From Bacillota bacterium (lineage in GTDB: Bacteria; Bacillota; Dethiobacteria; DTU022): a DNA stretch of 64,000 nt. Location of the stretch: positions 8,593 to 72,592 of the forward strand of contig JBNJHN010000001.1 in assembly GCA_051748565.1 (NCBI GenBank). The letters are read 5' to 3'. This document shows, one piece after another, positions 39,774 to 49,874 of this stretch. Position numbers and translations under genes: made by a program. The notes beneath the pieces are model-generated. The model ran no database searches, was not told the origin of the DNA, and saw nothing but the letters and a program-made list of their open reading frames with translations. Position 1 is the stretch's first letter; the number at the start of each line of letters is the position of its first letter.

Positions 39774-41255
39774 ATGGAACTATATGAGAATACGGCAGCA
39801 GATCTCAGCCAAATGCTTCAAAAAAAAGAAGTCAGTGCGGTCGAAGTTGTCCAGAGTTTTTTAGATAGGATAGAACTTGTCGAACCTTATGTGAAAGCTT
39901 TTATTACCCATACACCGGCGATGGCACTTGAAACAGCAGCCGGTATAGATCGTAAAAGGCTGAGTGGAGAAGAGCTGCACCCCCTGGCCGGAGTACCTAT
40001 AGCCATTAAAGATAATATATGCACCAATGGTTTAAGAACTACCTGTGCTTCCCGCATTCTCGATAATTTTATTCCACCCTTTGATGCAACGGTTGTCGAA
40101 GCGTTAAAAAGGGTCGGTATGCCTTTGCTCGGAAAAACAAATATGGACGAGTTTGCCATGGGTTCGTCTACTGAAAATTCAGCTTTTTTTACTACCCGCA
40201 ATCCGTGGAATTTAGAAAAAGTTCCGGGTGGTTCCAGCGGCGGATCCGCCGTTTCAGTCTCAACAGGAATGGCTCCCCTGGCGCTTGGTTCTGATACTGG
40301 AGGCTCAATCCGCCAACCGGCTTCCTTTTGCGGTTTGACAGGATTAAGGCCTACTTATGGAAGGGTGTCCCGTTATGGTTTAATTGCTTTTGCCTCGTCT
40401 TTGGATCAGATCGGAACTTTATCGCTTACTGCTCTTGACAGTGCTATGCTGATGAGTGTTATAGCCGGTTATGATCACCGTGACTCTACTTCTCTGCCTG
40501 AAGCAGCCCCCGATTACTTTGCCGAAGCTAAGAATGATATGAAAAATTTGAAAATTGGAGTTATCAGGCAGAATCTTGCCGATGGGTTTGATCCGGAAAT
40601 AAGGGCAGCTGTTATGAAATTGGTTGCCCTGTTTGAAGAACACGGTGCAGAGGTCGATGAGGTATCCCTGCCTCTTACAGATTACGGTCTTGGAGCATAT
40701 TATTTGATCGCACCATCGGAAGCCAGTTCAAACCTTGGCCGTTATGACGGTGTGCGTTTCGGCTATAATGCAGGTGGTAAAAATATCGAAACTATGTTCA
40801 GCCAGAGCAGGGGAAAAGGGTTTGGGTCCGAAGTTAAGCGCAGGATTATGATCGGGACCTATGCTTTAAGTGCCGGTTACTATGATGCTTATTATTTGCA
40901 GGCCATGAAGGTCAGGACTCTCATCCGTCGCGACTTCGAATCGGCTTTCAAGCGTTTTGATTTGTTGGTTGGAGCAACGACTCCGACTCCTGCTTTCAAT
41001 ATCGGTGAAAAAATTGACGACCCTCTGCAAATGTATCTTTCAGATATCTGTAATATTACCGATGCCCTGGCCGGAGTTCCCTCGCTCTCTGTACCTTGCG
41101 GCATGCATACCAGTGGATTACCGATGGGTATGCAGATGACATCATCTCCTTCCCGGGAAGGATTGTTACTGAAAGTTGCCGGTTTCCTGGAAATGAGACG
41201 TGAAGCTATTCCGCTTCGTCCGTATGTGAAGCTTCCTGGAGGAGGAATAATATAA
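39774..41255 (+). CDS. gatA: Asp-tRNA(Asn)/Glu-tRNA(Gln) amidotransferase subunit A
   Basis: Amidase signature (GGSSGGSAVSV) and Ser-cisSer-Lys triad context. Start at the ATG after TGAGG. Confidence 0.9.
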   Translation: MELYENTAADLSQMLQKKEVSAVEVVQSFLDRIELVEPYVKAFITHTPAMALETAAGIDRKRLSGEELHPLAGVPIAIKDNICTNGLRTTCASRILDNFIPPFDATVVEALKRVGMPLLGKTNMDEFAMGSSTENSAFFTTRNPWNLEKVPGGSSGGSAVSVSTGMAPLALGSDTGGSIRQPASFCGLTGLRPTYGRVSRYGLIAFASSLDQIGTLSLTALDSAMLMSVIAGYDHRDSTSLPEAAPDYFAEAKNDMKNLKIGVIRQNLADGFDPEIRAAVMKLVALFEEHGAEVDEVSLPLTDYGLGAYYLIAPSEASSNLGRYDGVRFGYNAGGKNIETMFSQSRGKGFGSEVKRRIMIGTYALSAGYYDAYYLQAMKVRTLIRRDFESAFKRFDLLVGATTPTPAFNIGEKIDDPLQMYLSDICNITDALAGVPSLSVPCGMHTSGLPMGMQMTSSPSREGLLLKVAGFLEMRREAIPLRPYVKLPGGGII

Positions 41256-41258
41256 AAA

Positions 41259-42695
41259 ATGCGGTATGAAGTGATTATCGGCCTGGAAATACACCTGGAG
41301 CTGCAAACCAAATCAAAACTTTTTTGTGGCTGCAGCACTGCTTTTGGCAGGGAACCAAACGTAAATTGCTGCCCGGTATGTCTCGGTTTGCCGGGTACAC
41401 TCCCTGTTTTCAACGGAAGGGCCATTGAACTGGCGGTAACGGCAGCCTTGACCCTTAACAGTAATGTCAATTTTAAGAGCCGATTTGACCGCAAAAATTA
41501 TTATTATCCCGATTTACCGAAAGCTTACCAGATTTCTCAGTACGATAAGCCATTGGCAAAAGGTGGTTATCTCGAAATTGAGTTCGAAAGTTCTGTTAGA
41601 AAAATTAACCTGGAAAGGGTTCACCTTGAGGAGGAAGCCGGTAAGCTGATTCACGCCGGGGATTCAATAATGGGGTCCGATTATTCATTGGTAGACTACA
41701 ATCGGGCCGGAATTCCCCTGCTGGAAATAGTTACGGCCCCCGATATACGATCCGGTAGGGAAGCCCGTCTTTTCCTGGAAGATCTTCGCTTACTCCTGCT
41801 TTATTCCGGGGTTTCCGATTGTAAAATGGAAGAAGGTTCTCTGCGCTGCGATGCTAATATATCACTACGCCCGATTGGTGCTGCCGGACTGGGCACAAAA
41901 ACGGAAGTGAAAAATATGAATTCCTTTCGTGCAGTTGAGATGGCCTTAAATTACGAGGCAGAAAGGCAGGAAGCAATTCTTTCTGCAGGCGGAACGATTA
42001 ACCAGGAAACCTGTCACTGGGACGAAGAGAAAAAAGAGACCATTCCCCTGCGCAGCAAAGAAGAATCATCAGACTACCGTTATTTTCCCGACCCCGATTT
42101 ACTGCCTCTTATTCTCGAGGGTTCTTTTGTTGAAAAAATTCATGCTTCACTTCCGGAGCTGCCCCAACAGCGGCGGTCCCGTTTAAGGGAGCAATACGGG
42201 CTTGAGCGTAAGGAAGCTGCTTTGTTTACCGAAAATAGGTCAATTGGCAATTTTTTTGAAACGGCAGCCGAAAAGTATAAGGATTATCGCAACCTGGCCA
42301 AATGGGTGCAGGGTGACCTGCTTTACCAGGTTCGTGAAAGCGGTAAATCAACCGATCAGATTCGACCGGAACAGCTTGCTGAATTGCTAACCCTGCTTGA
42401 TAAAGGGGAAATAAACCGCCCGGTAGCAAAAGAATTGCTGAATGAAATGGTAAATAAAGGGATAAGCCCTGCAGAGCTGGTAAGGGAAAAAGGTTTAAAA
42501 CGAATATCTGACAAAGGAAAACTCATGCCTTTAGTAGATCGGGTTATCGCTGAAAATCCTGATGCAGTTGAAAACTACCGAAAGGGCAAAGAAAAGGCTA
42601 TTGCTTATCTGATCGGCAGGGTAATGGCGCTAACAGGTGGTAGAGCGGATCCTGAAGAATTGAACCAGCTCTTTAAGAAAAAAATAGGTCAATGA
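41259..42695 (+). CDS. gatB: Asp-tRNA(Asn)/Glu-tRNA(Gln) amidotransferase subunit B
   Basis: 478 aa GatB (GLEIHLEL, GatB/YqeY C-terminal domain). RBS GGAGGAGG. Confidence 0.9.
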   Translation: MRYEVIIGLEIHLELQTKSKLFCGCSTAFGREPNVNCCPVCLGLPGTLPVFNGRAIELAVTAALTLNSNVNFKSRFDRKNYYYPDLPKAYQISQYDKPLAKGGYLEIEFESSVRKINLERVHLEEEAGKLIHAGDSIMGSDYSLVDYNRAGIPLLEIVTAPDIRSGREARLFLEDLRLLLLYSGVSDCKMEEGSLRCDANISLRPIGAAGLGTKTEVKNMNSFRAVEMALNYEAERQEAILSAGGTINQETCHWDEEKKETIPLRSKEESSDYRYFPDPDLLPLILEGSFVEKIHASLPELPQQRRSRLREQYGLERKEAALFTENRSIGNFFETAAEKYKDYRNLAKWVQGDLLYQVRESGKSTDQIRPEQLAELLTLLDKGEINRPVAKELLNEMVNKGISPAELVREKGLKRISDKGKLMPLVDRVIAENPDAVENYRKGKEKAIAYLIGRVMALTGGRADPEELNQLFKKKIGQ

Positions 42696-44029
42696 TGGGT
42701 GGTATTAATTTGAAAAAAACACATAGCCTGGCTGTGGTTGGTGCTCAATGGGGCGATGAGGGAAAAGGTAAGGTTATTGATTACCTGGCCAAAGAAGCTG
42801 ACCTGGTAGCCCGTTTCCAGGGAGGTAATAATGCCGGCCATACCGTTGTATATGGAGCGAATATTTTTAAGCTCCACCACGTTCCTTCAGGCATTTTAAA
42901 CCCGGATACGCTCTGCCTGCTTGGCAACGGAATGGTTATTAACCCGCTGGTATTAATTAAGGAACTTTCCGAGCTGGAAAAACGGGGTATTGACACTTCA
43001 AATTTGCTAATAAGTGGAAAAGCGCATCTGATCATGGCTTACCATGAAGACCTTGATGAAGCCAATGAAAAATTACTGGGTGAAAAAAAGATCGGAACAA
43101 CCGGACGCGGAATCGGACCGGCTTATGCTGACAAAGCTTTGCGCCGTGGTTTAAGGGCTATTGATCTGACCGGCTCCGATCGTTTTTACGAACGGCTATC
43201 GGAAATTCTGCCCATCCAGAATCGTTTATTAAGGGAGATATTCGATCATCCGGGATACGATTTAAATCATTTGGCCGATCTCTATCGCCCGGCTTTGGAA
43301 AAATTGGGACCACTTGTTACCGATGTATCGCTGATACTGGATGAAAATATAAAAAGCGGGAATAAAGTGCTTTTTGAAGGAGCCCAGGGTGCTTTGCTGG
43401 ATATCGATCACGGGACCTATCCTTTTGTTACATCATCTTCCACGGTTACGGCGGCTGCCGCTTCCGGTACCGGCCTTGGCCCGCAGCATATCGGGCAGGC
43501 CCTGGGAGTAATAAAAGCTTATACAACCAGAGTTGGCGAAGGGCCGTTTCCTTCAGAAGATAAAACGGAAGCAGGAGATCAGCTCAGGCAGCGCGGCAAT
43601 GAATTCGGAACAACTACCGGCCGTCCACGGCGCTGCGGATGGTTCGATGCCGTTATAGCCCGTTACGCAGCCATGGTGAACGGTCTGACCGGCCTGGCTT
43701 TAACCAAGCTGGATGTTTTGAGCGGTATGGAAATAATTCATATTGCAGTTGCCTATAATTGCCAGGGTAAAGAAAGAAGACATTTCCCAATGAGTATAGA
43801 AGAACTGAAAGAATGTCAACCGGTTTACGAATCATTTCCGGGGTGGGATGAAGATATTTCTAGAATTCGCAGGTTGGAAGATTTACCGGCTGCGGCAAGA
43901 TTCTTCATAAATGCTCTTGAAGAATCTGTCGGTGTTAAAGTTGAACTTGTCTCTGTCGGTCCGGACCGTTCACAGACGATAATTTGCCCCGGATCGTATT
44001 TATCATTATGGATTAATGGTTCAAAGTAA
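42692..44029 (+). CDS. purA: Adenylosuccinate synthetase
   Basis: GAQWGDEGKGK P-loop and a full-length PurA sequence. The start overlaps the gatB stop (ATGA). An alternative start is the TTG at 42710. Confidence 0.9.
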   Translation: MMGGINLKKTHSLAVVGAQWGDEGKGKVIDYLAKEADLVARFQGGNNAGHTVVYGANIFKLHHVPSGILNPDTLCLLGNGMVINPLVLIKELSELEKRGIDTSNLLISGKAHLIMAYHEDLDEANEKLLGEKKIGTTGRGIGPAYADKALRRGLRAIDLTGSDRFYERLSEILPIQNRLLREIFDHPGYDLNHLADLYRPALEKLGPLVTDVSLILDENIKSGNKVLFEGAQGALLDIDHGTYPFVTSSSTVTAAAASGTGLGPQHIGQALGVIKAYTTRVGEGPFPSEDKTEAGDQLRQRGNEFGTTTGRPRRCGWFDAVIARYAAMVNGLTGLALTKLDVLSGMEIIHIAVAYNCQGKERRHFPMSIEELKECQPVYESFPGWDEDISRIRRLEDLPAAARFFINALEESVGVKVELVSVGPDRSQTIICPGSYLSLWINGSK

Positions 44030-44144
44030 AATATTTTATTAGGCAGGATAATTAATCGCAGCGGTCGAATTGTAAAAGTTAATTCATAATCTTCATACTA
44101 TATTAGCCATATTAAGATTTCAATTAAGTGGGAGGGATTTTATT

Positions 44145-44657
44145 TTGCACAGTCTGCGGGTTTCAGCAAAAATCATAATCGGTTTTCTCTTTTCCATTAC
44201 AATTTTACTTACTTTTTTTACTTTGTCTTTATTCGGTGTTCAGGCTGATGATGGAGTTCGCTTAATTATAACTGAAGCAACCGGCCTGCAGAGAGATATG
44301 ATAGTCTTTCAGGCCAATCTCCAGCCGATGGTTATCCATAATGTATTTTGGCTTTGTCTTGCCTCGTTTGGATTTATGTTGATCTTTCTTTATTTTATCG
44401 ATCATAACTTTAAGGTTTTTCTTCCGCCAGGTTTGCTCTGCCTGATTTTTACTATTGTTCTGGTTGTCATGGTTGCTGTTTCACGTGACAGTATAATAAA
44501 TTTTACAGGACCTTCCACTGATCTCTATCTCCAAACCGCCCTGGACCGTTTTCGACAGGCTGCTATTGGTATGACTATTTTCGGAATATTATTAACTGCC
44601 GTTGCGTTATGGGGTGATCAGTTTTTGAAAAAGAGTAAGCAGAAATTAAAGGATTAA
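44145..44657 (+). CDS. Hypothetical four-TM membrane protein
   Basis: 170 aa and hydrophobic, no recognised domain. RBS GGGAGGG. Confidence 0.45.
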   Translation: MHSLRVSAKIIIGFLFSITILLTFFTLSLFGVQADDGVRLIITEATGLQRDMIVFQANLQPMVIHNVFWLCLASFGFMLIFLYFIDHNFKVFLPPGLLCLIFTIVLVVMVAVSRDSIINFTGPSTDLYLQTALDRFRQAAIGMTIFGILLTAVALWGDQFLKKSKQKLKD

Positions 44658-44830
44658 TCAACCAGGGTTTGAACAACTCACCGGTTTAATCTGCTTTTTC
44701 CCTGAGATTTGCATAATATTTGCCCCTGTGAGAAACCGGGCCAAAATGCCGCAGATTGTACTGCTCTGTTTTAAAAGCACCTTAATAATTTAAGAAGTAA
44801 TATTTTGAGTGACCCTGGCCGGGGAATGCA

Positions 44831-45922
44831 GTGAAAGGGGTTTTTAAAACTTTGAAGATACTGCACACATCCGATTTGCATTTAACAGAAAAGGCTTCTG
44901 AGCGCTGGGATGCGCTGGATGATATAGTAAAAATCGCTTCAAAACATCAGGTTTCAGCCCTGGTGATTGTCGGCGATCTTTTTGACCATAATGTAGAAGC
45001 GGATAAACTCAGGGCACGACTGCGTGCTATCTTTGGAGGTTCTGACTTTCAAACTATAATTCTTCCGGGTAACCACGATCATAAGGCTTATCGCAGTGGA
45101 CTTTACTTTGGAGAAAATGTATCTGTAATAACTACCTGGGAAGAGCCAATTAGCCTCGGGGAGGCTTTTATCTGGGGCCTTCCCTATGAAAGATTAAGCG
45201 GGGAAAGGCTTGTAAGCCGCCTGCGGAAGATAGCGGGGCTTATGCAACCTGAAAATATAAACTTTCTGCTTTTTCATGGTGAACTTCTGGATGCCTATTT
45301 TTCACGTAATGATTTAGGCGATGAAGGTGACCTGCGCTATATGCCTGTTAAGCTATCTTACTTTGAACCTTTACCCATACAATATGTATTAGCAGGGCAC
45401 TTTCATTCCCGCTATACCAGCTGGCAGTTACCGGGTGGCGGCTTGTTCATATATCCCGGATCTCCGGTAGCTGTAACCAGGCGGGAGACCGGCAGAAGGG
45501 TGGCAAACCTTGTTGAACCGGGTCAGGATCCTGTAGAAATACCGCTAAACACCCATCACTATGAGAAAGTGGTTATATCCCTTCATCCCTTCAATACAGA
45601 AGATCCGCTTTCAATGCTCGATCAAAAAATGCTAAAGATACATGCCAAATCAAAAGTTATCCTTACTGTGGAGGGCCTTTTCAATGGTTCAGTACTGGGT
45701 ATGGATGAAAGCGAATTGTCAGCAGAAATCAGGGCCCGGGTCGGTGATCGTTTCGGCGGCGAACCGGCCATGGAATTTTTCGATGTCCGTCATATCATTG
45801 AAGACGATCTCTTTCAGCAATTCCACGAGAAGTTGAAGCTGGCAGATTGCCCCAGTGAGCAAAAAGAGCAGGTTAAGCAATTGGTTGTCAGTGCTTTCAG
45901 GGTGGTGAAAGCATGTTCCTGA
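44831..45922 (+). CDS. SbcD/Mre11-like metallophosphoesterase (YhaO/SbcE-like DNA repair exonuclease)
   Basis: Calcineurin-like phosphoesterase motifs (LHTSDLHL, VIVGDLFDH, LPGNHDH, GHFH). GTG at 44831 or TTG at 44852 (MKILHTSDLHL). Confidence 0.75.
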   Translation: MKGVFKTLKILHTSDLHLTEKASERWDALDDIVKIASKHQVSALVIVGDLFDHNVEADKLRARLRAIFGGSDFQTIILPGNHDHKAYRSGLYFGENVSVITTWEEPISLGEAFIWGLPYERLSGERLVSRLRKIAGLMQPENINFLLFHGELLDAYFSRNDLGDEGDLRYMPVKLSYFEPLPIQYVLAGHFHSRYTSWQLPGGGLFIYPGSPVAVTRRETGRRVANLVEPGQDPVEIPLNTHHYEKVVISLHPFNTEDPLSMLDQKMLKIHAKSKVILTVEGLFNGSVLGMDESELSAEIRARVGDRFGGEPAMEFFDVRHIIEDDLFQQFHEKLKLADCPSEQKEQVKQLVVSAFRVVKACS

Positions 45923-48234
45923 AGGAATTTTTAATCAGCCGCTATGGGCCTCTACCTGACAGCGGCCTGAGGAAAACGGGTTCTTTCAACCTTTTTTTTG
46001 GCCTTAATGAGGAAGGTAAAACATTAACCATCGATGCCCTGCTCAAAATGCTTCTTGGTAAAGGAACGAAAAGGTTTAATGCCATCAAACGGGTTAATGA
46101 ATACCCAGAAGGTTACCTGATCATCGAGGACGGGAACCGCAGGGAGCTCAAACTACCTGAGGCCGGTACTGTTGAAGAACTCTTTGGCCTCAGCACCACC
46201 GAGTTTTCCAATATTTTCGTTATCCGTGACAGCGACTTGTCAATTAGTGAAGAGAACATTTTTTATCGGAATATTACCAATCGCCTGACCGGTCTCCGTT
46301 CTGGTGAAATAAATGAAATAAAAAACAGGATCTATGATCTGGCCGGGATTACTGCAGGCGGGGATTACCAGAACGTAGCTCCGGTAAAGCTTAAAGATAA
46401 GATTAAGAAAGCGCATTATTTGTCCGAGAGGGTTGATGAACTGCTCTCCAGGCTCCAGGAAGAAGGTTTCGTCCGTTTTGAAGAAGAGCTTGCCGGCCTG
46501 GAGGCCTTAAAACGCAATACTGAAGAAAAACTGAACCTTTTCCGTGCAGTTCAGAACCGGGAGCTGTATGAAAAAGGGATAGAAGCACTCGGAAAGTTGA
46601 AAAATGCTCTTCTAGAAACCGCAAAGTTAAAAGATCTAAACCAAGCAGACTATGATTCCTGGCAGCGGACCGAGTCAAGCCTGGCTTACTTCCATAGTGA
46701 CCTGAAGCGGCTCGAGGCAGAGATTGATCAACACAAACAAGTCTCGCAGGCGGCACGCACGGAATTGGAACAAATAAAAAGCACTTATAAAAAAGCCGAG
46801 TACAAAACAGCTCTGGTGTCAGAAAAAATTGAACCGTTAATATCTGGTTACCAGCAGGCAGTAATTGAATTTCAAAAAGAGGAAAAGTTGGCGGACTCAA
46901 CTTTTTATACCCGGACTGTTTTAGTATCAACATTTGTTTTTCTCCTGACGCTGTCTGGCCTGATTTTTCAACCTTCCTGGTGGCTTTTTACCCTGTTTGC
47001 TGTCTCATTTGCTTTAACTGTTTTACTGGGCGGTATCAAATACAGATTTTTGAAAAAGAAAGGCCGCCTGGCCGAAATTGAAACAGAGTTACTTTTTGAA
47101 ACCGGGCAGGCAGGATTGTCGGCAGACAATATTAAAGCGGTGGAGAAAAGTGTAAACCGTATTAAAAATGACCTGGCTGAGATTGCTGATCAGCTGAATG
47201 ATGCAGAAAAAGAAACTGAATGGCAGCAGAAAGAACAAGAACGCCTTGTTAGGGAGCGTGAAGAAAAACTGGGTAGGATTAAAGAAGCAAAATATCAGAT
47301 AGATCATATCCGGCATAAAACGGGTTTGGATGAAATTGAACAGTATAGAACAGTTTTAGCTGAAAAGGAAAGGCAGAAAAGCGAAGTCGAAAAACAGAAA
47401 AGCATTTTGAGCAGCCATTTCTTTCAGGGCGCCGGGTTATCTTCAGACGAAGCGCGGATTAAACTTTGGGAAGAACAGGTTGCAGCCATTGAGGAATACG
47501 CTGATGCTGCAGTGGGTTTGAAGTATGATCAGAAAGAAAATACAAATTTACTTGTTAAAAAGGAAGAGCTGGAACGCTTTATAAAAGCACTGAAAGAGAA
47601 GCTGCAGGAACGCAGTGATGAACTGCGCGATATAGAGAAAGATGTAAATGAGCTGCTCCATGGGAGTGAAGAAAGCAGTATACCCTGCCAGACTACAGTT
47701 GACCTCGAAGTTGTTCAACAAAAATTGGAGAAGTGGATTCAGTGTCACGAACAGAAGAAGGCAAACGCAGCTATAGCTCTGGAAATACTCAGCAGTATAG
47801 AACAGGAAGAAGAAGAAAAAGTAACCGCATTATTCGGTTCTGACAACCGGGTCAGCGAATACTTCAGACAGATTACCGGTGGGTGTTACCGGGAAGTATT
47901 TTTTGAAAGCCGGGAGAATTTGATCAGGGTAATTCGCTCCGATGGGACCGAACTTGATGCTTACCAGCTTTCAGGTGGAGCTTATGACCAGCTTTACTTT
48001 TCAATCCGGCTTGCTCTCGGTGAAAAATTGCTTGAGGGCAATAAAGGGTTTTTTATTCTGGATGACCCATTTGTCAAGGCAGATCCGGAAAGGTTAAAGC
48101 TCCTCCTGGACATGCTGATCGACATTAGTTCGAATGGTTGGCAAATTTTATATTTCAGCGCCAAAGGCGAAGTGAAATATGAATTACAGCATAAGATCGA
48201 TCAGCAAATAGTCAGGGAATTTAGGATATCCTGA
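45913..48234 (+). CDS. SbcC/Rad50-like AAA ATPase with central membrane hairpin (YhaN/SbcF-like)
   Basis: N-terminal Walker A (GLNEEGKT), long coiled coil interrupted by two hydrophobic helices (about residues 335-380, VLVSTFVFLLTLSGLIF...FTLFAVSFALTVLLGGI), C-terminal signature LSGGAYDQ plus Walker B FFILDDPF. The start overlaps the phosphoesterase gene. Confidence 0.7.
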   Translation: MFLKEFLISRYGPLPDSGLRKTGSFNLFFGLNEEGKTLTIDALLKMLLGKGTKRFNAIKRVNEYPEGYLIIEDGNRRELKLPEAGTVEELFGLSTTEFSNIFVIRDSDLSISEENIFYRNITNRLTGLRSGEINEIKNRIYDLAGITAGGDYQNVAPVKLKDKIKKAHYLSERVDELLSRLQEEGFVRFEEELAGLEALKRNTEEKLNLFRAVQNRELYEKGIEALGKLKNALLETAKLKDLNQADYDSWQRTESSLAYFHSDLKRLEAEIDQHKQVSQAARTELEQIKSTYKKAEYKTALVSEKIEPLISGYQQAVIEFQKEEKLADSTFYTRTVLVSTFVFLLTLSGLIFQPSWWLFTLFAVSFALTVLLGGIKYRFLKKKGRLAEIETELLFETGQAGLSADNIKAVEKSVNRIKNDLAEIADQLNDAEKETEWQQKEQERLVREREEKLGRIKEAKYQIDHIRHKTGLDEIEQYRTVLAEKERQKSEVEKQKSILSSHFFQGAGLSSDEARIKLWEEQVAAIEEYADAAVGLKYDQKENTNLLVKKEELERFIKALKEKLQERSDELRDIEKDVNELLHGSEESSIPCQTTVDLEVVQQKLEKWIQCHEQKKANAAIALEILSSIEQEEEEKVTALFGSDNRVSEYFRQITGGCYREVFFESRENLIRVIRSDGTELDAYQLSGGAYDQLYFSIRLALGEKLLEGNKGFFILDDPFVKADPERLKLLLDMLIDISSNGWQILYFSAKGEVKYELQHKIDQQIVREFRIS

Positions 48235-48331
48235 AAAATAATTTAATCAGATCAGATTATCATATTTATTGGTCGGCAAACAGCTCTTAAAGAGCAGAGT
48301 AATAATATATCATTTCCCGGAGGTTGAATCG

Positions 48332-49072
48332 ATGAAGCTTACAGTTCTCGGTTGTTACGGCCCCTACCCCCCTGCGGGAGGATGCTGTTCCGGTTATTTG
48401 ATTCAGGAAGAAGGTTTTAATCTTTTAATTGATTGCGGCAATGGTGTTTTAAGCCGCCTGCAGGAGCAACTATATTACCAGAATCTAAATGCAGTAATCC
48501 TTTCCCACCTGCATGCCGATCATATTTCCGATATTATGATCATGCGTTACGGCCTTGAAATGGCATATAACCGGGGCCTGCGCAGGGAGCCATTACCGCT
48601 TTACGCTCCTGCAGAACCCGTTTCTGAATTTGACCGCTTAACTTACAAAAATGCTTACTCTGTGATCCCGATTAACGGCGATCAAGAACTGCAGGTCGGT
48701 CCTTTTACAATCCAGACCAAAAAGGGGGTCCACGCGGTTCCATCACTGGCATTACGGATTGAAACCTTATTGGAAAGCCTTGTCTATTCCAGCGACACTG
48801 AATACTACAGGGGCCTTGAAGAATTTGCTTCCGAATCAAACCTTTTTCTTTGTGAAGCAAATTTTCAGGAAACAGACATTCAAAATAAACTGCCTAATCA
48901 TCTTAGCGCCGCACAGGCTGCTAAAATTGCCGCCGCTGCAAAAGTTGACAGATTGGTTTTGACCCATCACCATCCCGAACGTGACCCGGAAGTTTCAATT
49001 GCTGAAGCTAAAAAGTATTTCCCAACGACCGGGTTGGCCCGGGAAGGAGAATCCTACAGCCTAATTATTTAG
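48332..49072 (+). CDS. MBL-fold metallo-hydrolase
   Basis: HxHxDH motif (SHLHADHISD). ATG after GGAGG. Confidence 0.7.
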   Translation: MKLTVLGCYGPYPPAGGCCSGYLIQEEGFNLLIDCGNGVLSRLQEQLYYQNLNAVILSHLHADHISDIMIMRYGLEMAYNRGLRREPLPLYAPAEPVSEFDRLTYKNAYSVIPINGDQELQVGPFTIQTKKGVHAVPSLALRIETLLESLVYSSDTEYYRGLEEFASESNLFLCEANFQETDIQNKLPNHLSAAQAAKIAAAAKVDRLVLTHHHPERDPEVSIAEAKKYFPTTGLAREGESYSLII

Positions 49073-49223
49073 CAATTAGCCAGGTTAGATTTAATTTAAC
49101 CGGTATTTAATGCAGAGATAATAAAAATTATAAGAAAAGAGGCAGTTGCAATTCAGTTTTCAGTCGACTGAGTCAGACAGTTGGAGATGGTTAGATAAAA
49201 CAATTGCAGAAGGAGGTTTTGAA

Positions 49224-49787
49224 ATGGTAAAGCAAAAGCAGCCAACACAAATAATTCTGGGACCGGTTCCTCCGGCCCTGATCGGCTGCGGTAATGAAAA
49301 AGTAAAAAATATTATTACCCTGGCCTGGGTTGGAGTGGTTAATTCCTCCCCGCCAATGGTATCTGTTGCAGTTCGTCCCAACCGATACTCTTTTGATATA
49401 ATTCGGGATTCAAAAGAATTTTCGATAAACCTGCCCTCTGTAGACCAGGTTGAACTTGCTGACGGTTGCGGTAATCTAAGCGGGCGGGATCTTAATAAAT
49501 TTGAACATTTTAATCTTAGTGCTGTCCAGGGAACTCTAAAATATGCCCCAATGATTGATGAATGTCCAATCAGCCTGGAGTGTAAGGTTGAAAAAATCCT
49601 GGAACTTGGCAGTCACACAATTTTTATAAGCAGGGTGGTTGCGACCTATGTCTCATCCGAAGTAATCGATGAGGAGGGAAAAATAGATTATGATCGATGC
49701 CGCCTGCTGGGGTTCTGTGCCGGCAGCTATCTTGAAACAAAATCTCTAAACCTTTCAATCGGCTATACTAAAAAAAAGCAGTCCTGA
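49224..49787 (+). CDS. Flavin reductase family protein
   Basis: Flavin-reductase-like domain about 188 aa. ATG after GAAGGAGG. Confidence 0.7.
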   Translation: MVKQKQPTQIILGPVPPALIGCGNEKVKNIITLAWVGVVNSSPPMVSVAVRPNRYSFDIIRDSKEFSINLPSVDQVELADGCGNLSGRDLNKFEHFNLSAVQGTLKYAPMIDECPISLECKVEKILELGSHTIFISRVVATYVSSEVIDEEGKIDYDRCRLLGFCAGSYLETKSLNLSIGYTKKKQS

Positions 49788-49874
49788 CTATAGTTGCCAA
49801 GCAGCTTTTTATATTGATATAATTAAAAAAAATTATTTAGTTTTAGATTTGATTCGTTATGAAAAGAGGTAATA

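Noticed and set aside
44658-44830. Possible LexA/Cheo box (GAAC-N4-GTTC) upstream of the SbcD-like gene
   Set aside because: Only a partial GAACAACTCACCGGTT resemblance, which does not fit the consensus.
46403-46933. 176 aa minus-strand ORF inside the SbcC-like gene
   Set aside because: Antisense to the coiled-coil region. Shadow ORF.
49788-49874. Searched gaps around the sel genes (49788-49874, 53239-53288, 54339-54546) for tRNA-Sec
   Set aside because: No sequence with tRNA-like GC-rich stems or a TCA anticodon loop. selC appears to lie outside the window.
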